Shown: positions 25,425 to 35,978, counted from the stretch's first letter. The stretch is DNA of 64,000 nucleotides from Oscillospiraceae bacterium (GCA_009779845.1 WRBE01000005.1:880-64879), one strand, 5' to 3'. A program made the numbers and translations. Notes: generated by a model from the sequence alone, not told the origin.

Positions 25425-28400
25425 TTATTCCGACTGGATACGAATATACTTCCAGCTAATATCCCCTTCCCCATCTCTGGACAAGTAGTGGTCGTTCGCC
25501 GCACCCAGTACGGAGGCGAAGAACCAGTTGGTCACCGCTACGTCTGGGAAGGTCGCAGCACGCGCTTCCACATGCAACACTTCGTCCACTTCTGCTAGGT
25601 TCGCATTGCTGTCAATCCGGCCTAACATCCGGTTCACCGCTGTCGCGACCTCTGCACGCATGATGTTCTCTACCGGGCGGAAGTTGTTGTGTGTGTCACC
25701 AATCATCCAGCCTTGGCGGAATGCATTGTACACATAGACAGGTGCCCAGCTGCTGATGGTGCCGGCATCCGGGAAGTCCATCGTCGGGCCGACTGCTGTC
25801 GCTCTGTCCTCAACATCTAATGTACGCACCAGCATTGCAGCCAGTTGCTCACGGGTGATGAGCGCATTCGGGGCAAACCTGCCGCCGCCTACGCCTTGTA
25901 CCAACCCTTCGTGATAGGCCCATGCTACATAGTGGTAGAACCAGTTGTCTGGGGCTACGTCGCTAAACTCGCCAAAGCTATCCATGCCTTCTGGCAATTC
26001 ATAGTCGTCGGAGTGTACACTTGAGTCAAACTCGTCTATCATCGTACGGGCCAGTATCGCCGCTACTTGCGCACGGGTGATGTTGGCCGTCGGGTCGAAG
26101 TGGAGAACGTCGTTTCTCAACACCCCGACCATGTACGCTTCGTGGAATTCGCGTAACCCTTCCATCGCTGTCCGGAGGGCCGCTGTCGCCGCATCTACCT
26201 GCGCTTGTGTGGCGGTTGGATCATCATAGACCGCTTGTGCTGCATCCCGTGCTGCTACAAACGCCGCCCAGCTTGCATCTGAGTAGATGCCTTGCTCTTC
26301 TCGCTCTGCCGCATCCGCTAACGTGTCACGCAGAGCGTCACGGTTGACTTCCGATGGGTCTATGGGCTCTAGACCATCAATCGCATCCCGCAGGTCGGCA
26401 TATGCTTCATCAATCTCGCCTTGCGTTGTTGCGTTCGCCAGCGCATCTCGCGCCGCCGCTAGGGCTTCTTGCAGGTCTGCCCAAGTTTCCGGTGTGAAGT
26501 CCGCAGCGTTGCGTGCTTCTGCATCTGCTATTGCCGCATTCAGCTCCGCCCGGTTCAGTTGCTCACCAGGAATTCTTGCTGTCAGCGCACCCATCGCATT
26601 GTTCAGCGCAGTAACTGCATCATCCACTTGCTGTTGCGTGACACCGTCACGGTTGGCTAACATGTTTGCCGCCGCTGTGCGGGCCGCTGCAAACGGGCCC
26701 CATGTGGCTGGCGTGTAATTCGCCTCGTCACGCAGATTTGCAATTGCATTTGCAATCATGAGTTCGGTAAAGTCCGTCACCGGGCCTGGTGTTCGTGTTA
26801 CCAGCGCCTCAATCGCATCACGCAAATCTTCGTAGGCTTCATTGATCTCGCTTTGCGTTGTTGCGTTTTCCAGTGCGTACTCTGCTGCCGCCAAGGCATC
26901 TTGCAGGTCGGCCCAAGTTTCCGGTGTGAAGTCCGCTTCATTGAGCGTTTCTTCCGCATACTCGATCAGGTCTTCTAGGTCTTCTGTGTTGCGCTCTGTC
27001 TCTTCCCAAATTGCGTAGAGTGTCACGTCCTCTGTGTTGTGGGTGTGGAAGCGAGACAGTGCAAACGGTGCCGCCGGGAGGCCCGGTCTTGCCGGGGATG
27101 GCTCTGGCGTGAAGGACCAACCGAGGAATGTATACCCAGTCCGGGTCGGATTCTCAATCTCTTCTCTGTCAATGGCCCAACCGTAACGAACCACAAGGCT
27201 CTCGGTGCCGGCTTCGCCGCCGTTGGGGTTGAATGTAATGGTCGCAGTCGAATCCGCCAAGAACGCCACTACCTCCGGTCTCGCTAAGAAGGCATCCGGG
27301 TCAATAACTGCCCAGAAGGCAAGCTTCGGTTGATAGTACGTGTCAAACAATAGTGGCATCCCATTGGCTCTCCAACCGTGGTCATCTTCACGGCCCCAGA
27401 AGGTGGCGGCTTCGATGATATCGGCATGTGCGCGGTAAACCTGGAAGAGCTGTGCGTACAAGACCGCTTGGTTCATCTCTTGTGTCGGTGTCAGACGGCG
27501 GCCGTTGTGCTGATTATAGTAGGTACCCTGCACAAGGTCCAACTCTGTGACTGCCAAACGGGGTGTGATGCGGTTTGTAACCCCTGCAAAACGTGCCGCA
27601 TTGGCCGGTTGTGCCGCCAGATAATCGAAGTAGTCGGATGTGTTCTCAAACGCCTCAACAAATACGTCAATGGACGCTTGCACGTCGGCGGGATCAATCC
27701 AGCCGGTCCAGAAGTGAGACTGCATCCCGATGACATCAATCAGCGGACGGCCCGGGTCAGTGTTCCGGGGATCCATAATCCAGCGGTTGTTGAACTCTTC
27801 TACCATCATGGCGATGGAGTAGCGCTTCGGTGCGACCTCTTCGTTGAAGTCGTTGTAGTAGGACAGCACATCCCCACGTCCGTTTGCAATCAAGGCGAGA
27901 CGTGTGAACACAAATGCGTCATAGATGTAGTCAGCCGGGCATTCTGGGCGTTCTCCATTCGGGCCCGGCGTGTTGTACGCACGGAGCCATCTGCTACCGC
28001 TACCGCCAGTGCCGCCGTTACCGACACCACCAGAGACGATATCCCAGCTACGAAGACCTTGGCGCCAATCGCCGGTTTCACGGGGGTCAATCCCTTCGCC
28101 GTCTGTGTTGTACCAGAATACTTCATTGAGAACATCCCATGCCATGACGGAATCAGCAAAGCGTTCTACTACTGTGTTGATGTACAGCTCCATTCTTTCT
28201 TTTGCTTGTACATAATTTCCAACTCCACTGCCCGGCATCGGCCATGCCGGTGACTGGCTGTGCCAGACCAGCGTGTGACCGTGCAAGCCAAGGTTGTTTG
28301 CTTCTGCCCAAGCTTCAATTTGCCCTGCGCCGCCAGTTGCCGGGAATGGTTCCGCAGGCGGACCGCCCCAACCTTGTGGCTTCATGGCATTTTCCGCCGT

Positions 28401-31400
28401 GACCTGATCATAATGGAATACAAAATGGTCTCTCAAGTACCCGTGGGGGTCACCTGTAGCGGAAATCTGTGCAGGCTCCACGATGCTGCCGATTGGGAAG
28501 TAGTCTGCATAAGTTTCCCGCAGTGACGGCAAGTCGGATGGATGCAGCGTCCAAAGCTCAGTCCGATGGTCAACACGACCCAAGTTGTGCTGGTCACGGG
28601 TGATGCGAACATCGTCTACATACCAAATGAGCGGCATGTTTGTTGCCGTGCTGCCGGCGAAGCGGAAGTCGAAGAAGTTGATGGGCCCTTCTACAAACTG
28701 GGGCCGGATATCAACAACAAACTCGACCCACTCACCCATGGGAATCCAGTGGTAACTCGCACTTACAGTGGGACGCCCTGCGCCGCCTTGTCCGCCGCCG
28801 CCGGAACCATTGGGGGTAACGATGGGATGAATCACGGTGTTTGCGCCGCCTCTCGGTGTGGAGCGGTTCGGGTTACCGTCAATGGGGACGTAAACCATGG
28901 CACGGAACTCATAGGTGTACCCTGCCGATAGCGGGAATGGCGGCGTGATACGCACAGTGTTCTGCGCCTGTGTCCAGTTGGCGGGAAGCCCTTCTCTGTC
29001 AACACGAAGGACGTAGTTGTCGTCATACCCACGGTCTGGGCCGCTGACCCAGTTTACGTTGGGCGGTGCCGCCGTACCCGCTACAGGGCCGGGGTTAAAC
29101 ATGTCGATAAACCCTTCCCGGTCGCCCGGTGCGAAGGTCACTTCAATCGGGAATCCGGTACTTGCCCACATGGCATAGAACGTGGTAGGCCCTTGGTGGA
29201 AGCCGATGGCGTTGCCGAAGTTCCAGCCGTTGTTGGCGGCACTGTTCATCACAATGGCACCCGCCTCGTTGCGGAAGCCCCAGCCGCGGAAGACAAACCC
29301 ATCTCGTGTTGGATTGGCCACACCTGTGGCCCCGGCTGTACCGGGCTGAAACCCGCCGGAGTTCGCCAGCACCGGCGCGATTGCCGTCCCCCACAGAACC
29401 TCTCTGGCTACGTGGACAGCATCTGTGCCGTCGTTTCGCATAAACCGCACATCGAATGTGTTGTCAGCTAAGAAGCCTGTCGGGTCTAAGAACGCATCAA
29501 AGGCCAGCTTCGGCTGTTGGAAGTAGTCGAACAGAACCGGCATACCTTGGTGCCGCCAGTGGAGATTGTCGGAAACGCCCCACAAGGTAACACGGGTAAT
29601 ATAGTCTGCGTGTTCTCTATACAGCTCCATGAGTCGGGCATAGAAGATGGCTTGCTGCATCTCTTCCAGCGGGGTCAGCAGTTGGGATTCCGCCTGTACA
29701 CGGCCCCATGTGCCGCCGCCCCAGCTGCCCCAGTTGCCGATGGGTGCGTCTAGTTCGGTAACGGATGTGTATACGCCTGCTGTGCGGGCATAACGTAGGA
29801 TGGCAGTCTCGACAGCAGCCAAACTATCGTGGCCGATAGCCGGTGCGCCGCCGGTCATAAGCCCTGTTGTCGGGTTGGGACGACCGGCCCAGAAGTGGCC
29901 TTGCATCCCTATCACTTCAATGAGCGGACGGGCGACATTGGTATTTCTGGGGTCTGCCGCCCAGCGATTGTTGAGCTCAAGCACCATCTGTGAGGTGACA
30001 ATCGTTCTGGTATTGTTAATTTCGTTGTAGTCATTGTAGTACAAGATTGCATCCGGGTCGGCTAGGCGTGTGAATACAAACGCATCATAGATGTAATCAC
30101 TTGGGTGTAGCGGACGACCATCTACATTTGCCGGTGCGCCTGCTGCATTGGTGTTGTATGCGACTTGCCACGGAGACCAGTCGCGCAATCCGCCTTGCCA
30201 CCAGTTGGGGCCGACAGCGTCAAAGTTGAGAACACCAGGGGGTTGACCAGCGGTTATGCTGGCCGGTACGGTGAAGCCACCGGGGGGATTCACAACCTCA
30301 TTTACCACATCCCATGCCGCAACACGACCTGCTGTGTGGCCCACGAAGTCACGGATGAAGATTTCCATGTTTCGTTGCGCCTCTGCACGGGTCAGCGGTG
30401 AGCCGTCTTCGTTCTGGTTGAGCCACCACGGGGATTGGCCAGAGTGCCAGACCAGTGTGTGGGCCTGAACCGGAATGTCATTGTCATCGGCCCAGTCTAA
30501 GAACTCGTCAATGGCGTCAAAGTCGGCGATGAGATATCCATCGTCACAGATGCCGAAGGCGTGATAGCCCGGCTTCATCACATTTTCAGGTGTGACAAAG
30601 TTAAAGTGGTGGGTGAACATGTCGGTAAACTCATCGCCTAGTTGGAATGGCTCGGCAATGTTACCAATGGGGAAATAATCCTCCCAAGCCTCCGCCAAGG
30701 ACGGTACCGCCAATGCGGCAGACCAGCCAGCGGACGGAACGGTGGATGGAACGGTCAGGTCACTTAAATCAATGACTTCTTCTACCAGCTCGACACGGAT
30801 GTTATCCAGATGCCACACTGCCGGGATCAGTCTTGCGCCACCCGGAGGCGGTGCGTCCCCACCGGGAGCAGTATTGGTGTGGAAGCGAATGTCCATCATG
30901 TAAATGGTCTCTAAGGTGAATCTTCTCATCTCACCGTCTACTAAGCCCATACCCGGTGTATGCAGGGTATAGGTAACCCATCTGCCTTGGGGTGTGGACG
31001 CTGTGCTATTGGGGCCTAAGAACTCTGTCCCAACAGTTCCCACTGGGTTCACCAGCGGCCAGCTAAATCGGTTGGCTTGGAACTCGTTGAAGTTCACGCC
31101 GGGCAAGGAGAAGGTCACACCCGGTGTGGTGGGGATAAAGATATCAAACGAAATCTCATACAGGTTACCAGCCGGCAACGGCGTGTCAAAGGTAAGCCGT
31201 ACAGAGTTCTCCGCCGGGTCTCGGCGCAGTCTGTGCTGGCTCGGCAGTGTGTTGGTAACCCGGAGGAAATGGTTGTCGCCGGAGCCGTTGCCAACAGCCT
31301 GCTCAATTCTCACGTCGGCACCCGGTGACAGCATCTCTTGATGATGCTCCCAGTTGCCCGGTCTGAAGTGGATGTATAGCGGCAACGGACGCTCGTCAAT

Positions 31401-34400
31401 GGAAGTCCATTGTGCGTACAGGTTCATATCACCTGTCACGTTCGTGCCGAAACGGAAGGGTTGGTTCCCGGCACGGTCTCTCGCCCAGCCGTCCAACCGA
31501 TATCCGGCCGGTGCGGCGGGAACGGGGTAAGGTGCATATGCAGTGCTGTTGACCAACACGGTCTGGGTTGTATGGATCGTGTTGTCATCTGCGTTGTGGT
31601 TCCGCATAAAGGTGACTTCTGCGGTCTGTGGGATATCCTGCACCAAGATTTGGAAGGTTCTCGTAGTCACAACGTTTACATGGGGCGTTCCCGCTCTGAC
31701 TGTGACTGTGAAGTTGCCGATCTGTGTCGGTGTCCCGCTGATGAGACCGTCTTCGCTAATTGTAAGGCCGGTGCCTGCCAGCGTATGAGAGACGACCTCT
31801 ATCGGAACTTGGTTCGTCCACGGGCGTGCCGCCGGGCGGAAGATTGGATGGGTCACGCCGAGTTGCAGCGAAAACGCTTGGTCGATGTTTGCAGTATGAA
31901 CCGTAGCAACCGGTGTAATCTCCGGCGCTTGCTGTGCTTCTTCTGCTACTGCCAGTACTTCAAAGAAGTTCGGTTGCGGATTATATGCTGCGTTGAAGGC
32001 AACCGGAGGTGGTGTCGGTCTCCAAGAGTGGATGTCCGCTTTCCCCCAGTTAATGACTGCGTCAATGTAGTCTGCAAACTCAAGGTAGAGGGACGTGAGG
32101 TTTCTCCACTGCTGTGCTTGTATCGCACGGCCAGACGCGAGATCTGCGTTGGGCGGGTTACCGAAGTCGCCGCCGTTACCGTCCCACTCTGTTACCGCAA
32201 GGCGAATCCCAAGGGAAGAGTACAGCTCTAGCGCTCTTCTCATGGGGGTAAATTGACCCAAAATTGTACCTGGTGCCATCGTGCCAACGTGTTGTTGCAG
32301 GCCGAACGCTTCGATGAGCAAGCGATAGCCGGCTTCGATGTACTCTTCCAGAGTCAGGGTCGAGTCAGCTTGCGGGTTGTTGGCATAGTCAGCCGCCCAG
32401 CGCTCATTGACGCCCCAAATCATGTTGGCGATAACACGTCTCTTCCCGATTTGCTGTTCGTTGTAGTCGTTGTAGAAGAGCATGGCTTCCGGGAAATAGT
32501 ACCGTGCGTATACGTAAGAATAGTATACAAAGTCAGACTCGTGCCAATCTTCTTGACCCGGTACCGCAGGGTCAAAGTTTGAGAAGGCATGACGCCATTT
32601 CGATTGGGCATCCGGGTTTGTTGCGGTGGAAGCACGAAGGCTGTTTCTCCAATCACCCGGTCTCCAGTCTGCTGGATTCATATCTGTTCCGTTTGCGGTT
32701 GCACCCGCCAGTGTGGTGGCCACGATTTCATTGATAACGTCCCAAGAGGCGAAGATATCGGCACCGGGTCCGCCTGCGGCGATACCAAACTCTGGGTGGT
32801 TGTTGTAATGCTCGGCAACCGTCCTAAACCACCAGCGGAGGTTTGCGTCTGCTTGGTAACGTTCAAGCACTGTACCGTCTTGGTTGTGGGTCAACCAACG
32901 GGGTGACTGACTGTGCCATTGGAGGGTATGTCCATGTAGCGTCATATCGTGCTCAATCGCAAAGCGAACCACCCGGTCAGAACGCTCAAACACGATGGAC
33001 TCTGTGACACCCGAACGGTAATAGCCGGCACCCGGGAACGGAACATCAGAGCCGGGGCCAACAGTAGCCAGTTCGTCCGGCTTATGCCAGTTCTCTGCGG
33101 TCATAATGCTGTATTGATGTGTAAAGAATTCTGTTGTGTTGCCGCGCATCATCTGCCAAGATACACAGTAGATGTTGCCCCATTGCCAGAACGGCGCAAA
33201 CGCCTCGTCCAATGACGGCAGAGACATATCCCAGTGCGGGAGAGAAAGCGGGGCCGCAATGGTGGGATTCCAGTATTCAATCTCAATGTTGCGGATACGG
33301 AAATGTTCTGGTTGTGTATCACCTGAGAAGACAAAGTCAATGGTTTCCACATGGTTGGAAAGAGGCGCTCTGCTCCTCGTGGGCAATGTGATGCTCACCG
33401 GAACCCACTCGCCGGCAGGAATTTGCCAAAGCTCGGCATATGCCGGGTGCGGCAAATCCGGGAGGATAAATGCGTTGAAGGTCGGCTGTTGGTTATGGAA
33501 GTCAATAGTCTCCATCGGCGCACCAGTGTGGCGGTTGGTTGCAATGACTTCACGGTTCAACAGTACCTGCGGCATCGGCGCATAGTCCCGCACGATGTTT
33601 GCACTGCCGACAGGGTTCGCCCGCGGCACAAAAATTTCGTAGTTTAGCTGCCACGTCGTGCCCAGCGTGAGCGGCTCCGGTAAAGTCAGGCGGACGCCTG
33701 CGCCTTCTAAGGCAACCGGTGCCGAATACGCATCTGCGGCAACAGGGGCCGGAACAGCGTTGGGGTCAATAGACGCTTCAATTACGTTGTTTGCATTCCG
33801 CACCACCGTAGCACCCGCCGGATTGGTCGGGCCAAAGTATGCGTTATGCTCTATGATATTTTGGTCGTCCGTGTTTGGACGCTCGAACTCAGCAAAGGTC
33901 ATGTGAGACGTCGGTGTCCACCGAGAAAGCGGGGACGCTGCTGCCGGGACGTTGTGAGACAGCGTAACATTATCCACGATGAACTCTACATGTTGCCCGG
34001 CAAGGGTGGTCCAGATGCGGGCGTGCATCCGGTCATATGCTTGGAATGCTGTGAGGTTGCCTGAAACAGAGAACGGAACCTCTGCGCCCACTACATTTGT
34101 TGCCGGGATTCCCGTCGAACCGGAGATAGAGGACGACTGCTGTGACCAGTTGGGGTTGATGCCGTCCATCTGCATCACCGTACCCGGGGGAATCGGCCCA
34201 ATTGCACGGCCTGTGAATGTCACGGTGTAGGTGTATGCAGGCGGTTGCCCTGCACCGCCTTGGATGGGCGAGGTATGTTGTAGCCGCAGCGGACGCAGGC
34301 GAAGGTCAAGCCCTGCATAACGCACGTTACGGTTAGAGACACGAATCGAGTTTATACCATTGTGTTCTTCGACTGTAAGCACCGTGGACGCAATGGGTGA

Positions 34401-35762
34401 CGTTGTCAGGTATGTCGGGGTACCGCCACCGAATAACGGGGCACCGTCAACGGTGTAACCAAACACTTCGTCTCCTGCGATTTGTGTGCCGTCTAACAAC
34501 TCTTGTACTTCAGCATCATGTTGCATAGAGTAAAGTACGTTGGCTGGCAGATGACCAAGGGGAACCATCACCGCTTGCACTGCGCTCAACGGGCCATCCC
34601 GGTGTGTGGGCGGCTCGGCAGTGTTAATCGGGCGAATCCAAATATTATGGGTTTGCGGCTCTTCCGCTGTCCCGGCCAGATCTAAGTCCTGCGCAAAGAA
34701 ATACGTGTCCGGCGCATGTACAATCGCCGGTGTGCCGTCTGCCCAGTCCGCTGGTTCGGGGCCGTCTGCGCCGGTTAGATAGATTCGGTATGCGCCTGCA
34801 CCCTCTACTTCATTCCAGCTCATGCGGCCTTGATAGCTGCCCACGGGTGCAAATTGAATATTTGTCATTGCGCCCAAGCGGGGGAAAAACGTACCGCCGC
34901 CGTCTAGGGTGATTTGGCCGAAGCTCTCGGTGGTATTCCAGTTGTTATCAGCAGGGTCGCCCCAACCGAATACCGCACGGTTTCCACCGCCTGCGCCTGC
35001 TTGACCGTTAATAGAGATGTCAAACCCGATCAGCAGATCGTCTTCCAGCGTCACGTTTTGGTTCGGGCGGAACGGAACCGCTACTGTTACAACAGCATTC
35101 CCTTGCGAGTCCACTTGGCTGAAGGATTGCTGCACATTTCTACGTGCCGCATTGTTCCAAGCAAATCCGGCATTTGCCGCCGTTATGCTGCCGAATCCAT
35201 CGCCAGAGATTGCGCCGAGAACGTTAACACGAAACTGTGCGCCAGCCGCTGTGTTCCCACTGCCACGGCCGCCACGATGGTTGGTTTCACTCAACCAAAT
35301 TTCGACACAGTCTTGCTCGTGTGCGTTTCCTGTCGTAATCCAGCCATCCATACCGGCACCGCTGCCAGCGGTTCTGATCCACTCAACACGCACGTAGAGA
35401 TTATTGTCATCCCAGAGCACCCGTGCAGAAGCGGCACTGACGTGTGCATCGCCATCGTGTTGCGGTGCCCGGCGCTGTGCAACGGGGAATGATGCTGCCG
35501 TTTGCCACAGCGGATGGTTGTTGTCAAGGAACCCATTGCCGCCGCCGAGAACGAAAGCCTCATCATTCACATGCATTGCAAATGCGTGGGGCAGGGCTGG
35601 ATTGATCCCCAGTGGTAGAAGCCCAATGGTTTCATTGGGCAACTCCGCTTCTACCTCTAGCGGTGCCTCTGCCTCTGTTGCAAGGCCGGGGCTTACTAGA
35701 GAAAGTGCCATAATCACTGCAAGAAGCAAACATAAAGCTCGTTTGAAAGATTTTGAATGCAT
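25425..35762 (-). CDS. Giant cell-surface multidomain endo-1,4-beta-xylanase: three GH10 catalytic domains, CBM-like modules, Listeria-Bacteroides-type repeats, helical repeats, C-terminal SLH anchor
   Basis: 3445-aa ORF with SD AGGAGGG upstream and signal peptide MHSKSFKRALCLLLAVIMALSLVSPGLATEA. Three sets of GH10 hallmark motifs are present: WDVINE/VTEWD, WDVVNE/VTELD and WDVLNE/VTELD. The C-terminal SLH-like repeats include FSDVAPDNWFYHYVAWAYHEGLVQG and FPDAGTISSWAPVYV. Confidence 0.9.
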   Translation of the reverse strand: MHSKSFKRALCLLLAVIMALSLVSPGLATEAEAPLEVEAELPNETIGLLPLGINPALPHAFAMHVNDEAFVLGGGNGFLDNNHPLWQTAASFPVAQRRAPQHDGDAHVSAASARVLWDDNNLYVRVEWIRTAGSGAGMDGWITTGNAHEQDCVEIWLSETNHRGGRGSGNTAAGAQFRVNVLGAISGDGFGSITAANAGFAWNNAARRNVQQSFSQVDSQGNAVVTVAVPFRPNQNVTLEDDLLIGFDISINGQAGAGGGNRAVFGWGDPADNNWNTTESFGQITLDGGGTFFPRLGAMTNIQFAPVGSYQGRMSWNEVEGAGAYRIYLTGADGPEPADWADGTPAIVHAPDTYFFAQDLDLAGTAEEPQTHNIWIRPINTAEPPTHRDGPLSAVQAVMVPLGHLPANVLYSMQHDAEVQELLDGTQIAGDEVFGYTVDGAPLFGGGTPTYLTTSPIASTVLTVEEHNGINSIRVSNRNVRYAGLDLRLRPLRLQHTSPIQGGAGQPPAYTYTVTFTGRAIGPIPPGTVMQMDGINPNWSQQSSSISGSTGIPATNVVGAEVPFSVSGNLTAFQAYDRMHARIWTTLAGQHVEFIVDNVTLSHNVPAAASPLSRWTPTSHMTFAEFERPNTDDQNIIEHNAYFGPTNPAGATVVRNANNVIEASIDPNAVPAPVAADAYSAPVALEGAGVRLTLPEPLTLGTTWQLNYEIFVPRANPVGSANIVRDYAPMPQVLLNREVIATNRHTGAPMETIDFHNQQPTFNAFILPDLPHPAYAELWQIPAGEWVPVSITLPTRSRAPLSNHVETIDFVFSGDTQPEHFRIRNIEIEYWNPTIAAPLSLPHWDMSLPSLDEAFAPFWQWGNIYCVSWQMMRGNTTEFFTHQYSIMTAENWHKPDELATVGPGSDVPFPGAGYYRSGVTESIVFERSDRVVRFAIEHDMTLHGHTLQWHSQSPRWLTHNQDGTVLERYQADANLRWWFRTVAEHYNNHPEFGIAAGGPGADIFASWDVINEIVATTLAGATANGTDMNPADWRPGDWRNSLRASTATNPDAQSKWRHAFSNFDPAVPGQEDWHESDFVYYSYVYARYYFPEAMLFYNDYNEQQIGKRRVIANMIWGVNERWAADYANNPQADSTLTLEEYIEAGYRLLIEAFGLQQHVGTMAPGTILGQFTPMRRALELYSSLGIRLAVTEWDGNGGDFGNPPNADLASGRAIQAQQWRNLTSLYLEFADYIDAVINWGKADIHSWRPTPPPVAFNAAYNPQPNFFEVLAVAEEAQQAPEITPVATVHTANIDQAFSLQLGVTHPIFRPAARPWTNQVPIEVVSHTLAGTGLTISEDGLISGTPTQIGNFTVTVRAGTPHVNVVTTRTFQILVQDIPQTAEVTFMRNHNADDNTIHTTQTVLVNSTAYAPYPVPAAPAGYRLDGWARDRAGNQPFRFGTNVTGDMNLYAQWTSIDERPLPLYIHFRPGNWEHHQEMLSPGADVRIEQAVGNGSGDNHFLRVTNTLPSQHRLRRDPAENSVRLTFDTPLPAGNLYEISFDIFIPTTPGVTFSLPGVNFNEFQANRFSWPLVNPVGTVGTEFLGPNSTASTPQGRWVTYTLHTPGMGLVDGEMRRFTLETIYMMDIRFHTNTAPGGDAPPPGGARLIPAVWHLDNIRVELVEEVIDLSDLTVPSTVPSAGWSAALAVPSLAEAWEDYFPIGNIAEPFQLGDEFTDMFTHHFNFVTPENVMKPGYHAFGICDDGYLIADFDAIDEFLDWADDNDIPVQAHTLVWHSGQSPWWLNQNEDGSPLTRAEAQRNMEIFIRDFVGHTAGRVAAWDVVNEVVNPPGGFTVPASITAGQPPGVLNFDAVGPNWWQGGLRDWSPWQVAYNTNAAGAPANVDGRPLHPSDYIYDAFVFTRLADPDAILYYNDYNEINNTRTIVTSQMVLELNNRWAADPRNTNVARPLIEVIGMQGHFWAGRPNPTTGLMTGGAPAIGHDSLAAVETAILRYARTAGVYTSVTELDAPIGNWGSWGGGTWGRVQAESQLLTPLEEMQQAIFYARLMELYREHADYITRVTLWGVSDNLHWRHQGMPVLFDYFQQPKLAFDAFLDPTGFLADNTFDVRFMRNDGTDAVHVAREVLWGTAIAPVLANSGGFQPGTAGATGVANPTRDGFVFRGWGFRNEAGAIVMNSAANNGWNFGNAIGFHQGPTTFYAMWASTGFPIEVTFAPGDREGFIDMFNPGPVAGTAAPPNVNWVSGPDRGYDDNYVLRVDREGLPANWTQAQNTVRITPPFPLSAGYTYEFRAMVYVPIDGNPNRSTPRGGANTVIHPIVTPNGSGGGGQGGAGRPTVSASYHWIPMGEWVEFVVDIRPQFVEGPINFFDFRFAGSTATNMPLIWYVDDVRITRDQHNLGRVDHRTELWTLHPSDLPSLRETYADYFPIGSIVEPAQISATGDPHGYLRDHFVFHYDQVTAENAMKPQGWGGPPAEPFPATGGAGQIEAWAEANNLGLHGHTLVWHSQSPAWPMPGSGVGNYVQAKERMELYINTVVERFADSVMAWDVLNEVFWYNTDGEGIDPRETGDWRQGLRSWDIVSGGVGNGGTGGSGSRWLRAYNTPGPNGERPECPADYIYDAFVFTRLALIANGRGDVLSYYNDFNEEVAPKRYSIAMMVEEFNNRWIMDPRNTDPGRPLIDVIGMQSHFWTGWIDPADVQASIDVFVEAFENTSDYFDYLAAQPANAARFAGVTNRITPRLAVTELDLVQGTYYNQHNGRRLTPTQEMNQAVLYAQLFQVYRAHADIIEAATFWGREDDHGWRANGMPLLFDTYYQPKLAFWAVIDPDAFLARPEVVAFLADSTATITFNPNGGEAGTESLVVRYGWAIDREEIENPTRTGYTFLGWSFTPEPSPARPGLPAAPFALSRFHTHNTEDVTLYAIWEETERNTEDLEDLIEYAEETLNEADFTPETWADLQDALAAAEYALENATTQSEINEAYEDLRDAIEALVTRTPGPVTDFTELMIANAIANLRDEANYTPATWGPFAAARTAAANMLANRDGVTQQQVDDAVTALNNAMGALTARIPGEQLNRAELNAAIADAEARNAADFTPETWADLQEALAAARDALANATTQGEIDEAYADLRDAIDGLEPIDPSEVNRDALRDTLADAAEREEQGIYSDASWAAFVAARDAAQAVYDDPTATQAQVDAATAALRTAMEGLREFHEAYMVGVLRNDVLHFDPTANITRAQVAAILARTMIDEFDSSVHSDDYELPEGMDSFGEFSDVAPDNWFYHYVAWAYHEGLVQGVGGGRFAPNALITREQLAAMLVRTLDVEDRATAVGPTMDFPDAGTISSWAPVYVYNAFRQGWMIGDTHNNFRPVENIMRAEVATAVNRMLGRIDSNANLAEVDEVLHVEARAATFPDVAVTNWFFASVLGAANDHYLSRDGEGDISWKYIRIQSE
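25428..26153 (-). other. C-terminal SLH (S-layer homology) repeat region of the xylanase
   Basis: The last 242 aa hold three to four SLH-like repeats. Examples: ...ITRAQVAAILARTM; FSDVAPDNWFYHYVAWAYHEGLVQG...ITREQLAAMLVR; FPDAGTISSWAPVYVYNAFRQGWMIGD...IMRAEVATAVNRML; FPDVAVTNWFFASVLGA. Confidence 0.75.
27285..28533 (-). other. GH10 catalytic domain 3 (approximate bounds)
   Basis: TAENAMKPQ, HGHTLVWHSQSPAWP, WDVLNE (about 28116-28143), YYNDFNE, GMQSHFW and VTELD (about 27528-27552). Confidence 0.8.
29470..30712 (-). other. GH10 catalytic domain 2 (approximate bounds)
   Basis: TPENVMKPG, AHTLVWHSGQSPWWL, WDVVNE (about 30297-30317), YYNDYNE, GMQGHFW and VTELD (about 29739-29760). Confidence 0.8.
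31960..33225 (-). other. GH10 catalytic domain 1 (approximate bounds)
   Basis: TAENWHKPDE, HGHTLQWHSQSPRWL, acid/base motif WDVINE (about 32721-32744), YNDYNE, and nucleophile motif VTEWD (about 32172-32195). Confidence 0.75.
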
Positions 35763-35953
35763 TTTTGAATACCCTCCTTATTTTTGACGCCATGCTTCTT
35801 GGTACATTACCGTGTATTGTAACAAGGCCCCCTTCCTAGGTTATAGATGCACACGATTTGAAGCGTAGCGTACATTGCGAAACTATTTTTTATGAACTGT
35901 TAAGTTTTACATGGCTATATTGTGCAATATGCACACTCGCGTTTGCGTAGCCT

Positions 35954-35976
35954 GTTAATAAACCCTGTTAACAAAC
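35954..35976 (-). promoter_or_regulatory. Candidate ROK/XylR operator, site 1 (upstream of the xylanase)
   Basis: In gene orientation: GTTTGTTAACAGGGTTTATTAAC. Across the three sites, 18 of 23 positions are invariant. It starts 2 nt after the -10 of the promoter below. Confidence 0.6.
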
Positions 35977-35978
35977 GC

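Noticed and set aside
27378-28253. Long plus-strand ORFs inside the xylanase gene: 27378..28253 (291 aa), 31410..32231 (273 aa), 34914..35492 (192 aa), 26287..26718, 33172..33585 and many shorter ones.
   Set aside because: They lie antisense to a 3445-aa ORF with clear GH10/SLH motifs. Their translations are Arg/Cys/Val-rich nonsense, typical of shadow ORFs in high-GC coding DNA, and they have no SD sequences.
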